NCBI GenBank assembly: GCA_963742735.1
Contig: CAVUMN010000004.1
Coordinates: forward strand, 1,120,001-1,184,000
Source: an uncultured Actinomycetes bacterium
GTDB lineage: Bacteria; Actinomycetota; UBA4738; JBBDTT01
DNA length: 64,000 nucleotides
Direction of reading: 5' to 3'
The notes under the pieces were generated by a model. It made no database searches and was not told where the DNA came from. It was given only the letters and a program-made list of their open reading frames with translations. Position numbers and translations under genes: made by a program. How positions within the stretch are numbered: the first letter of the stretch is position 1; each line of letters opens with the position of its first letter. Positions 20,501-29,015 of the stretch are shown here, piece after piece.

Positions 20501-20569
20501 CGTTGGTTCGCGGGCGGAAGCGGCTGCGAAGAGTCCAAAACGTCGCCCGATCAGCCGGTTCTGGACTGA
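17507..20569 (+). CDS. Large multi-TM protein with patatin/cPLA2-like hydrolase domain
   Basis: About 12 hydrophobic segments, then ASGGGGIKAA, AISGGSLG, SARFPAVSP, VVDGG; GGAGG RBS. Confidence 0.8.
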   Translation: MPVEYLVFLAAAAYAFGLWWIGRRIGWARRKVWIGIAVLLLVMGLTLLGQLNGLLADMHPETKAGQNLSALTGFKPDVARRAIADWNEWHTPVANLFASPATVVRWYSVIDTFLFVVAYLLGGAALLALGQRAVAAPGERPPFRHSPVMLSRWGVWALRALLVAGFADVCENIMLVRVVATQNPAGSMLTLLSVFWVVKWGFIVVALFLAEPMLIGGLRLVLGRSQLFRTTVNRVRAQIVVLIVYALILNVSDQVPDLIRLWNTWRALWTIAGCLLLALVSWDWTRRILSARQDLDTIKDRRNAMWMIGLVVTAFGSGMWKVGPRGLVIPGVFILFLAAFHSVGKGMLDPGPPPPARYGTSALPRVLAAAFPIVLSLAAVKAYFAHTIYDLNDGGSGWAIGTLVGWGLGGPLLAAGLYLGLGRLNTNPSNPRRLEGRARRGIPSLIVIGGLLGVLVWVRVIQNPWDVSQQLGALTVITLFLILLAIALGRVVYVSERVRPPMAFRLLNLKKIPVVTMLAAWFLIAGSLSWVDHEEFHDARTIDLSLGSLPPKLGDVWARWRSQNRLALVAPPGNDGTKTAIPLVFVASGGGGIKAAVWTSYTLDCLLSEQPINPERCPRDSGEAGRGRSMIAGSAISGGSLGLVAYTTQRSTRTFTGDWVQRALGHDFVSPSLAWQTLVEFPRAFLEFPGHMDRAEVIERAWEAPWFGYETSATKAWFGKHPESQGPLARGMLDRWYKDPAMPLLLLNGASVQNGCRFLVSPLDGNDRFNGGNCLGIRQIPGVAPDGETQGRDGVQLDSVFPATRSVIDFLCMNTGSPDDLRLSTAAGVSARFPAVSPSARFRSCPGSVDRAVNVVDGGVLEGTGASTVTELYLALRSRIEAWNAQPNGSCIVPYLIQIESGYGSQVDVPTLDIAEIPAPLKASRGGADARGASARNLAATLFNETFPGTTVQDRYALLYPRAHPDIQAPLGWSLSPQSIVELRRQLVANQKEINEVARWFAGGSGCEESKTSPDQPVLD

Positions 20570-20930
20570 GCTCCCTGGAGGCTCAGGAGGTCCGCGACGC
20601 GAAGAGCCGTGACGGCATCGTCGCGCACGCAGTCGTCGCTTAGGCTCTTGGCGGATGTAACGGGGAGCAGGCCGTCTAGAACGTCAAGAGGCGCAGGCCC
20701 TCGGCGCGGTTCGCGACGACGCTCCGGCACTCCATCGATGCGATCCCCGCGGCCTCGTCGAATCGGGCCCGCGCGCCGGCCGGCGTTTCTGGGGAGGCCG
20801 GCCCAGCGGGAAGGACAGAGAGGCGCAGCGAAACGACGGGGGTGAGAAGAACGCGGGCGCGGCGGGCATTGGGGCGATCATCCTTCCTGCCGACGGCGTA
20901 GTACGAGGAACGTATTCGCGCCTGAGCGAG

Positions 20931-21284
20931 CTACTCCTGCTCGGCCTCTGAGGGCGGGCCGCCCTCGTCGTCCATGCGCTCGACCTGCTCCTCGTCGCTC
21001 TCGGGCTTCGCCTGCTCGGGGTCGGCGCCGGTCGAGGCGACACCCTCCTTCTCGAGCATCTCCTGGCGGCTTAGCCCGCCAGCCGCACCGCCGTCCCCGC
21101 CCCCCGCGCTCCGGCCGCTGGCGGGCTCCTCGCCCCCGCCCGGAGGGGTCGGGGTGTCCTCGGCCTCCGCCGCGTTCTCCTGTGCGTCCGGGTCGGCCTC
21201 GCCGGCGGACTGCTCGGTGAGCTCGCCCTCCGAGCCCGCGGGATCGCCGGATCCCTCGAACTCCTCGTCCTTGCGCTCTTCCAT
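20931..21284 (-). CDS. Acidic low-complexity hypothetical protein
   Basis: AAGGGGG RBS, ATG, GC3-rich codons, E/G/A-rich sequence. Confidence 0.6.
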   Translation of the reverse strand: MEERKDEEFEGSGDPAGSEGELTEQSAGEADPDAQENAAEAEDTPTPPGGGEEPASGRSAGGGDGGAAGGLSRQEMLEKEGVASTGADPEQAKPESDEEQVERMDDEGGPPSEAEQE

Positions 21285-21344
21285 CGCCGGCCCCCTTCGC
21301 GTCGAGGTTGCGGGCGATGGATACCCCGCCGGCGATGCGCCTAG

Positions 21345-21821
21345 TCAGCGGCCGACGGCGCGTGCGCGCTGGTAGTGGCGGGCCACGCGGGCTCGGTTCC
21401 CGCACGTGGCCGAGCACCACACCCGGTCGGCCCGAGTCGCGACGTAGTAGTTGCCGCAGCCCGGGGCCCGGCACACGGCCAGCTTGTCGCGCGCCTCGGT
21501 CCCCAGGAGCTCAACGCCGGCGCGGGCGATCGCGCTCAGGGCGACGGTGAGGGGGGACAGGCGCCGCGTCTCCACGACGAGCGCGGGAGCATCGGGATCC
21601 CCCACATCGAGCTGGGGGAACTCCGGCACGGCCGCGGCCGCCGCGTTCAGGTCGTGCACGTCCTGGGAGCCGAACGGGGCGCCGGCGAGCGCATTCGCGA
21701 ACAGGCGCCTGAGCACGGCCCGCAGCTCGGCGAGCCCCTCCAGCGTGTCCCGATCGCGTGGAAGGCCGAAACCATCCGTGAGCGAGTCCTCGCCGTTCGC
21801 CAGATCGAGGGCCGGGTTCAT
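21345..21821 (-). CDS. ABATE/CGNR zinc-finger protein
   Basis: ALDLAN; CRAPGC...RVWCSATCGNRARVARHY. Confidence 0.92.
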   Translation of the reverse strand: MNPALDLANGEDSLTDGFGLPRDRDTLEGLAELRAVLRRLFANALAGAPFGSQDVHDLNAAAAAVPEFPQLDVGDPDAPALVVETRRLSPLTVALSAIARAGVELLGTEARDKLAVCRAPGCGNYYVATRADRVWCSATCGNRARVARHYQRARAVGR

Positions 21822-21925
21822 CGTTGCTAACGCTAATCATCTACAGAAGCCGTTACAAGGGCATGCTAATGAGAAATATGTTTGAGTTCCGTTACAACCG
21901 AGGGGCGTGGCACAATTTGCCTGCC

Positions 21926-22390
21926 ATGCTCGCCGATGGAACGCCCGCCCCCGACTTCCAGCTCCCCGACCAGGACGGCAACCCCGTCGCGCTCGAGGAC
22001 TTCCGCGGCAAGTGGCTCGTCTTCTGGTGGTTCCCCAAAGCCGCGACCGCCGGCTGAACGGTCGAGGGTACGGGGTTCCGTGATCGAGCCCCACAGTTCG
22101 CAGAGCTGGACGTCGCGATCGCCGGCGCCTCCTTCGACACGCCCGAGGAGAACAAGGCCTTCGCCACGAGCCACGGGTTCCCGTTCCAGCTGCTCTCCGA
22201 CGCCGACCGGGTCGCCGGCGGCGCGTACGAGACGCTCCGCGCGCCGGAGGAGACGATGCCCGAGTGGGCGAAGCGGCGGACCTACCTCATCGACCCCGAA
22301 GGCGTCATCCGCAAGTCCTACCGCGTGGCCGATACGACCACTCACGCCGACGACGTGCTCGAGGACCTGAAAGCGCTGATGGCTGGCTAG
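21926..22390 (+). CDS. bcp: BCP/PrxQ peroxiredoxin, probable selenoprotein (UGA at codon 44)
   Basis: APDFQLPDQDG...FPKAATAG-UGA-TVE; the frame continues through GASFD, FPFQLLSD, RRTYLIDPEG to TAG 22390. Confidence 0.88.
22072..22092 (+). promoter_or_regulatory. SECIS-like hairpin
   Basis: GGGGUUC-cgugauc-GAGCCCC stem-loop beginning after a 14-nt spacer 3' of the UGA (22055-22057). Confidence 0.65.
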
Positions 22391-22400
22391 CATTGAGGCC

Positions 22401-23276
22401 GTGAGCATCCTGGTGGCCACCGCCGACGGCCTGTTCCTGGTGAACGGCCACGTCGAGCGGGCCGGGCTCGAGGGCCGCGACGTGACCGCGCTGTCCGCGG
22501 ACGGCACGTGGGCCCTGGCAGAGGGCCGCTCGATCCTTCGCGCCAACGACGGCGAGTGGGCGATGGTCGCCTCCCTCCACGGCGACCGCGTGGGCCGATG
22601 CCTGCTCCCCGTCGGCGACCAGCCGCTCGTGGGGACCTCCGAGGCCGGCCTGTTCCGCGGCTCCGATCCGGTGACCTCGTTCGAGACCGTCGAGGGCCGC
22701 GATGCCTGGTACACGCCGTGGGGCGGCCCGCCCGACACCCGCTCGCTCTCCGCCGGGACCGACGGCGCCGTCTACGCGAACGTCCACGTGGGCGGGATCC
22801 CTCGCTCCGATGACGGCGGCGCTACCTGGATCCCGACCATCGACGTCGACGCCGACGTCCACCAGGTCCTGGCGCACCCGACCGAGGCCCGCCACGTCCT
22901 CGCCGCCACCGCGTACGGCCTGGCCGAGAGCCACGACGGGGGACGGACCTGGCTCACCCGCGCCGACGGCCTGCACGGCCGGTACCTGCGCGCGGTCGCG
23001 GTGGCGGGGGAGTGGGTCATGGTCACCGCGTCGGAGGGCCACCGCGGCCGCCACGCCGCCATCTACCGAACGCCGTACGCCGGCGGGGCGTTCGAGCGCG
23101 TTCCCCAGGTCCCCGACTTCACCGACAACGTCGACACCTTCTGGCTGGCCGCCGACGGCGACCGGGCCGCGTTCGCCGGTCCCGACGGATCCCTGTGGAG
23201 CTCCGAAGACGCCGGTGCTTCATGGCACCCCCTCGCCGGAGGCCTGGTCGCCGTCCGCGCGCTCGCCCTGGTCTGA
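22401..23276 (+). CDS. BNR/Asp-box beta-propeller protein
   Basis: RSDDGGATW, ESHDGGRTW and SSEDAGASW Asp-boxes. Confidence 0.85.
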   Translation: MSILVATADGLFLVNGHVERAGLEGRDVTALSADGTWALAEGRSILRANDGEWAMVASLHGDRVGRCLLPVGDQPLVGTSEAGLFRGSDPVTSFETVEGRDAWYTPWGGPPDTRSLSAGTDGAVYANVHVGGIPRSDDGGATWIPTIDVDADVHQVLAHPTEARHVLAATAYGLAESHDGGRTWLTRADGLHGRYLRAVAVAGEWVMVTASEGHRGRHAAIYRTPYAGGAFERVPQVPDFTDNVDTFWLAADGDRAAFAGPDGSLWSSEDAGASWHPLAGGLVAVRALALV

Positions 23277-23280
23277 GGGT

Positions 23281-23844
23281 CTAGCCCGGCTCGCCTGCCC
23301 GTCGCTCCAGCATCCGCCGGAACAGCAGCCCCTGGTCGCGCGCGTCGTCCAGCGCGTTGTGGGTGAGCTCCTTGGTCGGGCGGATCCCCTCGACCATCCG
23401 GTCCTTGCGCGCCGCGAAGTAGTCGACGCCCATCATCCCCATGTAGTAGGTGCGGATGTCGACGCCGCCGACCCCGAACGGGTTCCGCCCCAGGAACGTG
23501 TGGAAGTACCAGGCCACGAACAGCCAGTCGAACGCGACCGGGTAGCCCACGAAGACCGGCTTCTCGCCCGCCTTCTCGGCGATCCACTCGGCGAAGGTCG
23601 CCATCGCCTCCTCGGGGGGCAGGCCCGTCTGCTTCAGCTGGCCGAGGTCCAGGTCGCACGTCGCCATCGCCTCGGGCACGAACGCGTCGTTCAGCGGCTG
23701 GAGCTCGACGTAGAACCCGACGGTCGGGTTCGACACCAGGCACGCCCCGATCGCCAGCATGCTGTACGCGCCGGGAGCAGGCCCCGACGCCTCGATGTCC
23801 ACGCTCACGTACGCCGGCTCTGCGCGCTCCACTCGATCGCTCAC
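23281..23844 (-). CDS. DEDDh 3'-5' exonuclease
   Basis: SVDIEASG, AFDWLF, THNALDDA; GTGA overlap with the permease stop. Confidence 0.88.
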   Translation of the reverse strand: MSDRVERAEPAYVSVDIEASGPAPGAYSMLAIGACLVSNPTVGFYVELQPLNDAFVPEAMATCDLDLGQLKQTGLPPEEAMATFAEWIAEKAGEKPVFVGYPVAFDWLFVAWYFHTFLGRNPFGVGGVDIRTYYMGMMGVDYFAARKDRMVEGIRPTKELTHNALDDARDQGLLFRRMLERRAGEPG

Positions 23845-24761
23845 GTCACGTCCCTCCGCCGGAAGTCGAACACGGCGGCCGTCACCAGAACCGTCGCGTA
23901 CACGAGGAGTACGACCGCGCCCTCCAAGGCGGTGATCTCGATGTGGTGGATACCGAAGCGCGCCGACGGGTCGGGTACGTCGATCTCGAGCTTGCCGGTG
24001 AACAGCGCCGCTCCGAGATTCCCCGGAAGCCACGGGCGCCACCGGGGGCGGACCGCTTCCAGGAACCGCTCCACGACCGCGAGGTAGGCCAGGAGGATTC
24101 CGAGGGACGCGGCGGTGTTCCGCGCGATCGAGGCGAGGCCCACGGCGAGCGACGCGAACAGGCCTGCGGTGGCGGCCACACGCGCCAGGTCGCCCACCGT
24201 GGTCCCGAAGAACCCGGACGGTGCTGCCGTCACCCCGCGCGTGGCGGCCACCACCCACAGCCCGCAGAGGAACAGCAGGAGGAGGGTGAACGTCGCCGCG
24301 GCGGTCGCGGTCAGCACGACCGTGGCCTTGGCGAGGAGGACCCGCGACCGCCTCGGCTCCCACGTGAGCAGGTGCCCCACCGTGTTGTGGTGCCACTCCG
24401 AGCCGATGTACGTCGTGGCCACCACCAGCGACAGCAGCACCAGCAGAACGCCGTACGCGAACAGCGGGACCTCCGCGTCCTGGCCGAGGACGAACCGGGG
24501 GTCGTCGTAGAAGTCCTCGACCTGCAGCGCCGCGAGGTACTCCGGAGAACAGCCCTCGCCTGCGTTCTCGCAGTACTGGATGAGCTCCCGGTACTCGGCC
24601 CTGGCTCTGGCCAGCTCCTCGGCCGTGGGTCCCGACCCGGAGGAGTCGACGGCGAGGCCGATCAGGATCAGCGCGCCGATCAGCCCGATGAGCACCATGA
24701 GGACCACGGCGGCCCGGCGGCTCCGCAGCCGAAGCCATTCAGCTCGGAGCAGCCGAATCAC
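23841..24761 (-). CDS. ABC-2 type transporter permease
   Basis: LLRAEWLRL, GSEW...LLTWEPRR.RVLLAK, FRRRDV. Confidence 0.9.
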   Translation of the reverse strand: MIRLLRAEWLRLRSRRAAVVLMVLIGLIGALILIGLAVDSSGSGPTAEELARARAEYRELIQYCENAGEGCSPEYLAALQVEDFYDDPRFVLGQDAEVPLFAYGVLLVLLSLVVATTYIGSEWHHNTVGHLLTWEPRRSRVLLAKATVVLTATAAATFTLLLLFLCGLWVVAATRGVTAAPSGFFGTTVGDLARVAATAGLFASLAVGLASIARNTAASLGILLAYLAVVERFLEAVRPRWRPWLPGNLGAALFTGKLEIDVPDPSARFGIHHIEITALEGAVVLLVYATVLVTAAVFDFRRRDVT

Positions 24762-25696
24762 GCCGGGGCCTCCTCCGTAGGGGCCTCGGTGAGCTCCAGG
24801 AACGCCGCCTCGAGCGAGGCCTCCTCCGTCTGGAGCCCGCTCAGGTACACCCCCGCGTCCGCGAGCGCCTTCGTGATGCGGGCCGCGTCCCTCGGCCCCG
24901 CCGCGGCGACGAGGAGGTCGTCGCCGTCGCGGCGGACCTCGAAGCCCGCGCCCCGCAACGCCTTGTCACCCACCGCCCGCTTCGCCGGGATCGACACGCG
25001 GTACTCGGCCGCGCGTCCTCGCGTCAGCACCTCGCGCACCGGCCCCGTCGCGATGAGCCGCCCCTTCGCCAGGATCGCCACCGCGTCGCAGACCTGCTGG
25101 ACCTCGTGCAGCTGATGGCTCGACAGGAAGACCGTCCGCCCCTCGTCGCCCAGCCGCCGGATCAGCTCGCGGACCTCGCGGATCCCCGCGGGGTCCAGCC
25201 CGTTCGCCGGCTCGTCCAGGATCAGCAAGGGCGGGTCCTTCAGCAGGGCCGCGGCGATGGCCACCCGCTGCTTCATCCCGAGTGAGTAGGTCTTCACGCG
25301 GTCGTCGGCCGGGCCGGTCATGTCGACGACCTCCAGGACCTCGTCGACGCGCGACGCCGGCAGCTCGCCCGCGATCGCCAGGATCTCCAGGTTCCGTCGT
25401 CCGCTCAGCCCGGGGTGTAACGCCGGGGCCTCGACGATGGCGCCGACCCGAGGAAGGGCGTCGGCGAGACCCTCGGGGACCGGCCGCCCGAACAGCCGGA
25501 CCTCGCCCTCGGTGACCCGGTGCAACCCGAGGACCATCCGGATCGTCGTCGTCTTGCCGGATCCGTTCGGGCCGAGGAACCCGAACACGCCCCCCTCAGG
25601 GACGTCCAGGTCCAACCCGTCAACGGCCGTGGTCGGCGGCTTGCGGAACCGCCGGTATCGCTTGCGCAGACCGCGCGCCTCGATGACCGAGGCCAC
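24758..25696 (-). CDS. ABC transporter ATP-binding protein
   Basis: GPNGSGKTT, YSLGMKQR, LILDEP, SSH. Confidence 0.95.
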   Translation of the reverse strand: MASVIEARGLRKRYRRFRKPPTTAVDGLDLDVPEGGVFGFLGPNGSGKTTTIRMVLGLHRVTEGEVRLFGRPVPEGLADALPRVGAIVEAPALHPGLSGRRNLEILAIAGELPASRVDEVLEVVDMTGPADDRVKTYSLGMKQRVAIAAALLKDPPLLILDEPANGLDPAGIREVRELIRRLGDEGRTVFLSSHQLHEVQQVCDAVAILAKGRLIATGPVREVLTRGRAAEYRVSIPAKRAVGDKALRGAGFEVRRDGDDLLVAAAGPRDAARITKALADAGVYLSGLQTEEASLEAAFLELTEAPTEEAPA

Positions 25697-26503
25697 TCAG
25701 TCGCTCTCCGGAGCCCGGGTCGGCTTCATCGATCCGCCGGTGACGCGGCGCATGCCGAGCCGGTACAGCGGCGGGAACAGCACCCGGACGAACTGCAGCG
25801 CACCGAGCGAGCGCGGCACCGAGACCTCCGGCGCGATCCCACGCTCGACCACCCGCACGATGACCTCGCCGATCCGCTCCGGTCTCATCACCGCGCGCGC
25901 CCGCCACCCCCGCGCCGACCGATGGGGGAACAGCTCCGTCGCCACCAGCCCCGGGTTCACCGTCGTCACCAGCACCCCCCGCTGCACCGTCTCGTAGTGC
26001 AGCGACTCGCTGAAGGCGACGACCGCGTGCTTCGTCGCGCTGTACACGCTCGAGCCGGGGATCGCGTACCGCCCGGCGAGCGACGCGACGTTCACCACGT
26101 GCCCCGATCCCTGCGACAGCATCGACGGCAGGAACGCCTTCGTCCCGTACAGGACGCCCATGAAGTTCGTCCGCACGACTTTCTCCACGCGGTCGAGCGG
26201 CAGCTCCGCGAACGGCCCCCCGCCGGGGATGCCGGCGTTGTTCACCAGCACGTCGCATCGGCCGTAGCGGCCGATGACCACGTCCTTCAGCCGCGCCACC
26301 GACGCGGGCTCGGCCACGTCGCACTCCACCGGGAACGCCTCGCCGCCCCGCTCGCGGATGGCCGCGGCGAGCTTCTCCAGCCGCTCCATGCGCCGCGCCG
26401 TCGGGACGACGATCGCGCCCTTCCGGGCCAGGCCCCACGCCGTCGCCCACCCGATGCCGCTGGACGCGCCGGTGACGACCGCGACCGCGCCCCGGAGCTC
26501 CAG
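25697..26503 (-). CDS. SDR family oxidoreductase (probable CTG start)
   Basis: VTGASSGIG lies upstream of the first ATG; NNAG, YSATK; GGAGG 8 nt before CTG 26503. Confidence 0.88.
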   Translation of the reverse strand: MELRGAVAVVTGASSGIGWATAWGLARKGAIVVPTARRMERLEKLAAAIRERGGEAFPVECDVAEPASVARLKDVVIGRYGRCDVLVNNAGIPGGGPFAELPLDRVEKVVRTNFMGVLYGTKAFLPSMLSQGSGHVVNVASLAGRYAIPGSSVYSATKHAVVAFSESLHYETVQRGVLVTTVNPGLVATELFPHRSARGWRARAVMRPERIGEVIVRVVERGIAPEVSVPRSLGALQFVRVLFPPLYRLGMRRVTGGSMKPTRAPESD

Positions 26504-26504
26504 C

Positions 26505-27287
26505 TCAGTGCCCTCCGTGCAGGGCCATCAGCGTCTGACCCCCGTCGGCCACGACCACCGAGCCGGTCATGAACGAGGCGGCGTCCGAGGCGAGGAACAG
26601 CGCGAGGTTCGCGATGTCCTCGACGGTGCCCCAACGGCCGAGGGGGATCATGTTCGTCACGTTCTTCGTCCACGCGGGGTCCTGGCGCGCCACCGCGTTC
26701 ATCTCCGACTCCACCCATCCCGGCGCGATCGCGTTCACCCGCACGCCGTGGGCCGCCCACTCCAGGGCGTTGGTACGCGTCAGGCTGACGAGCGCCGCCT
26801 TCGCCGCGCCGTAGTACGAGAGGCCAGGGTCCGCGATGAAGCCGGCGACGCTCGCGACGTTGATCACCGAGGCCTTGGATCCCTTCGCCTGCAGGTGGGG
26901 GGCCGCGGCCTGGGTCGCGTAGAACGCCGAGTGGAAGTTCGTTCGGAAGTACTTCTCGAACCCGGACGGCTTGAGGGTCTCGATCGTCGCGAAGAACGGC
27001 GCCGCGCCCGCGTTGTTGACCAGGATGTCGATCCCCCCGAGCTCGGCCACCGTGCGGTCGATCAGGGCCTGCACCTGTTCCTGGTCCTGGACGTCGGTGA
27101 CCACCGGCAGAGCGCGCCGGCCGAGCGCTTCGACCTCCTTGGCCACCAGGTTCAGGTCCTCCTCGCCGCGCGCCGCCAGGGCGAGGTCCGCGCCGTGCTC
27201 GGCGAAGCGCAGGGCGATGCCCTTGCCGATCCCCTTGCTGCCGCCGGTGATGATGGCGACCTTGCCTTCCAGCGACAGATCGAGCAT
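26505..27287 (-). CDS. SDR family oxidoreductase (FabG-like)
   Basis: ITGGSKGIG, NNAG, YGAAK, VRVNAIAPG, ADGG. Confidence 0.93.
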   Translation of the reverse strand: MLDLSLEGKVAIITGGSKGIGKGIALRFAEHGADLALAARGEEDLNLVAKEVEALGRRALPVVTDVQDQEQVQALIDRTVAELGGIDILVNNAGAAPFFATIETLKPSGFEKYFRTNFHSAFYATQAAAPHLQAKGSKASVINVASVAGFIADPGLSYYGAAKAALVSLTRTNALEWAAHGVRVNAIAPGWVESEMNAVARQDPAWTKNVTNMIPLGRWGTVEDIANLALFLASDAASFMTGSVVVADGGQTLMALHGGH

Positions 27288-27314
27288 TGAAGTCCTCCCG
27301 GTAGGATCGAGGCG

Positions 27315-28115
27315 ATGGCCGGTAGCAAAGCACATGAGGACCGATGGACGCGCGGGACCTACAGCCGCCAGGAGCTGCTCGACGCGCTCCTCGCCGAGGG
27401 CATGGCCGGCGACGTCTCCCACGACCGGACCAACGTGTGGAGCAAGGTCCAGCGCATGGTCATGGGCGATCCCGACGTGACCTTCGGCCTCTCCGGGACC
27501 ACCAAGTACGACGCGCTCGAGGTCATGGAGCTGATCGATCGGTCGATCAACTTCCTCACCGAGGCCGACTCGTGGGATGGCCCGACCGTCGTCGACCCCG
27601 AGACGATCCTCGAGAGTCTCGAGGCGATGGGGGACCGGCTCGCCCTGGCCGCCGAGCGCGGCGAGGAGGTCCTGATCGCCACCGGCCACCCGGTCGGGAT
27701 GGTCCTGCTCTACATGGAGGTCGCCCGCGAGCTGGTGAAGCGCGGCGCGAAGCTGCTGCGTCCGATCGAGGGCGTCCGGTGGCGCGAGCTCGGCCGGAAC
27801 CGCGCGATCCGCTACCTCCACGGCGTCGGCGTGCTCACCGACCGCGCCTCGAGCTACCACACGCACAGCCCCGACCCGATGCAGCGGATGCTCGAGGAGG
27901 CCACGCCCGACCTGGTCCTGGCCGACCACGGCTTCGCCGGCGCCGCCATCGAGGCCGGCGTCGAGACCGTGTGCGTGACCGACGTGAACGACCCGGCGCT
28001 GGTAGTCGCGAAGCACGAGGGCCGCACGAAGGTCGTCGTGATCATGGACGACAACGTGACGCCGGAGTCCTACTGGCCCTGCTACCAGGCCATCATCAGC
28101 CGCTTCTCCAGCTGA
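27315..28115 (+). CDS. Actinobacterial Phosphatase family protein
   Basis: ATGHP, HTHSP, PDLVLADHGFAGAA, DVNDPAL, MDDNV; usual neighbour of the Rv0500A-like gene. Confidence 0.8.
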   Translation: MAGSKAHEDRWTRGTYSRQELLDALLAEGMAGDVSHDRTNVWSKVQRMVMGDPDVTFGLSGTTKYDALEVMELIDRSINFLTEADSWDGPTVVDPETILESLEAMGDRLALAAERGEEVLIATGHPVGMVLLYMEVARELVKRGAKLLRPIEGVRWRELGRNRAIRYLHGVGVLTDRASSYHTHSPDPMQRMLEEATPDLVLADHGFAGAAIEAGVETVCVTDVNDPALVVAKHEGRTKVVVIMDDNVTPESYWPCYQAIISRFSS

Positions 28116-28138
28116 GCTCCGCGGCGTAGCCTGATGAG

Positions 28139-28474
28139 GTGATCGCCCAGGGCTTGAATCCCAGCCCGTTCGAGGACTTCAACCCGTACCCGCCGGGGTT
28201 CGAGGGGTTCTTCATCGGCGTGATGATCTTCTCGCTGGTGAACCTGGTGTTCATCATCTGGGCGGTCATCGACGCGGCGATCAAGCCCGACAGCGCGTGG
28301 CGCGACGCCGACCAGAGCAAGATCGTGTGGATCCTCGTGGCGATCTTCGTCCCGATCGCCGGATCGCTGATCTACCTCCTGGTGATCCGTCCCAAGGTGA
28401 AGGCCGCGATGCTGAACCCGCCGACGCCGCCACCGATGGGCCTCCCGTCTTCGGGGATGCCGCCCCCGCCGTAA
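28139..28474 (+). CDS. PLDc_N/DUF2516-like small membrane protein
   Basis: IWAVIDAA...SKIVW...PIAGSLIYLL; Pro-rich tail. Confidence 0.75.
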   Translation: MIAQGLNPSPFEDFNPYPPGFEGFFIGVMIFSLVNLVFIIWAVIDAAIKPDSAWRDADQSKIVWILVAIFVPIAGSLIYLLVIRPKVKAAMLNPPTPPPMGLPSSGMPPPP

Positions 28475-28509
28475 TCCGCGCCGCGTCGTTCGTGGGGCAA
28501 GCTCCGCAT

Positions 28510-28681
28510 GCCCACTCACGAAATATCGCGGCTGGGCTATATCCGGCGGTTCGGGGCTCGGTGCACGGAGAGGGCTTGGGCGGGCCTGAGCGAACCCGAG
28601 CCGGGCGTGCAGGCGGTGTCTCGCGACGCGGACCGGCCGACAGGCCGGATATAGCGGCCGTGTGATATTCCGCGAGTTGGC
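28510..28681. repeat. Paired-palindrome element copy 2
   Basis: 38-nt inverted arms (28/38 by hand) containing ATATCGC-ggctgg-GCTATAT (28523-28542) and ATATAGC-ggccgt-GTGATAT (28649-28668). Confidence 0.85.
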
Positions 28682-28748
28682 GTTCGGAGGGTCCCGCCCA
28701 CCCGGCGCCTATCCCGCGAAACCACGTTCCGGCTACACTCGCTTCGAA

Positions 28749-28946
28749 GTGGCCAACCAATCGTTCTCTGAGGCTCGATTCGTCACCGTGACCGAGGTCG
28801 CCGATCTCATGCGCGTCTCGAAGATGACCGTCTATCGACTGATCAAACAGGGCGACCTGCCGGCCGTTCGTATCGGCCGGGGCTATCGCATACGAGAGGG
28901 GGACGTGCACCGCTACCTGGACTCGCGCTACACCGAGGCCGGCTAG
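28749..28946 (+). CDS. HTH_17 DNA-binding protein (Rv0500A-like)
   Basis: FVTVTEVADLMRVSKMTVYRLI..GDLPAVRIGRGYRI. Confidence 0.92.
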   Translation: MANQSFSEARFVTVTEVADLMRVSKMTVYRLIKQGDLPAVRIGRGYRIREGDVHRYLDSRYTEAG

Positions 28947-29015
28947 CCAACCCACGTTCTTCGACTCACGCGTTCACGGTCCGAGCGGGCCTCCGGGGAG
29001 AGCCGGAGGACCCGG

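Noticed and set aside
20570-20930. 360-bp intergenic stretch as a possible ncRNA (tmRNA, RNase P, SRP, tRNA)
   Set aside because: No diagnostic motifs or cloverleaf recognised by eye; an Rfam scan would be needed
28749-28946. Excisionase-like HTH as a prophage or ICE marker
   Set aside because: Matches the conserved chromosomal Rv0500A-type gene in its usual context; no integrase nearby
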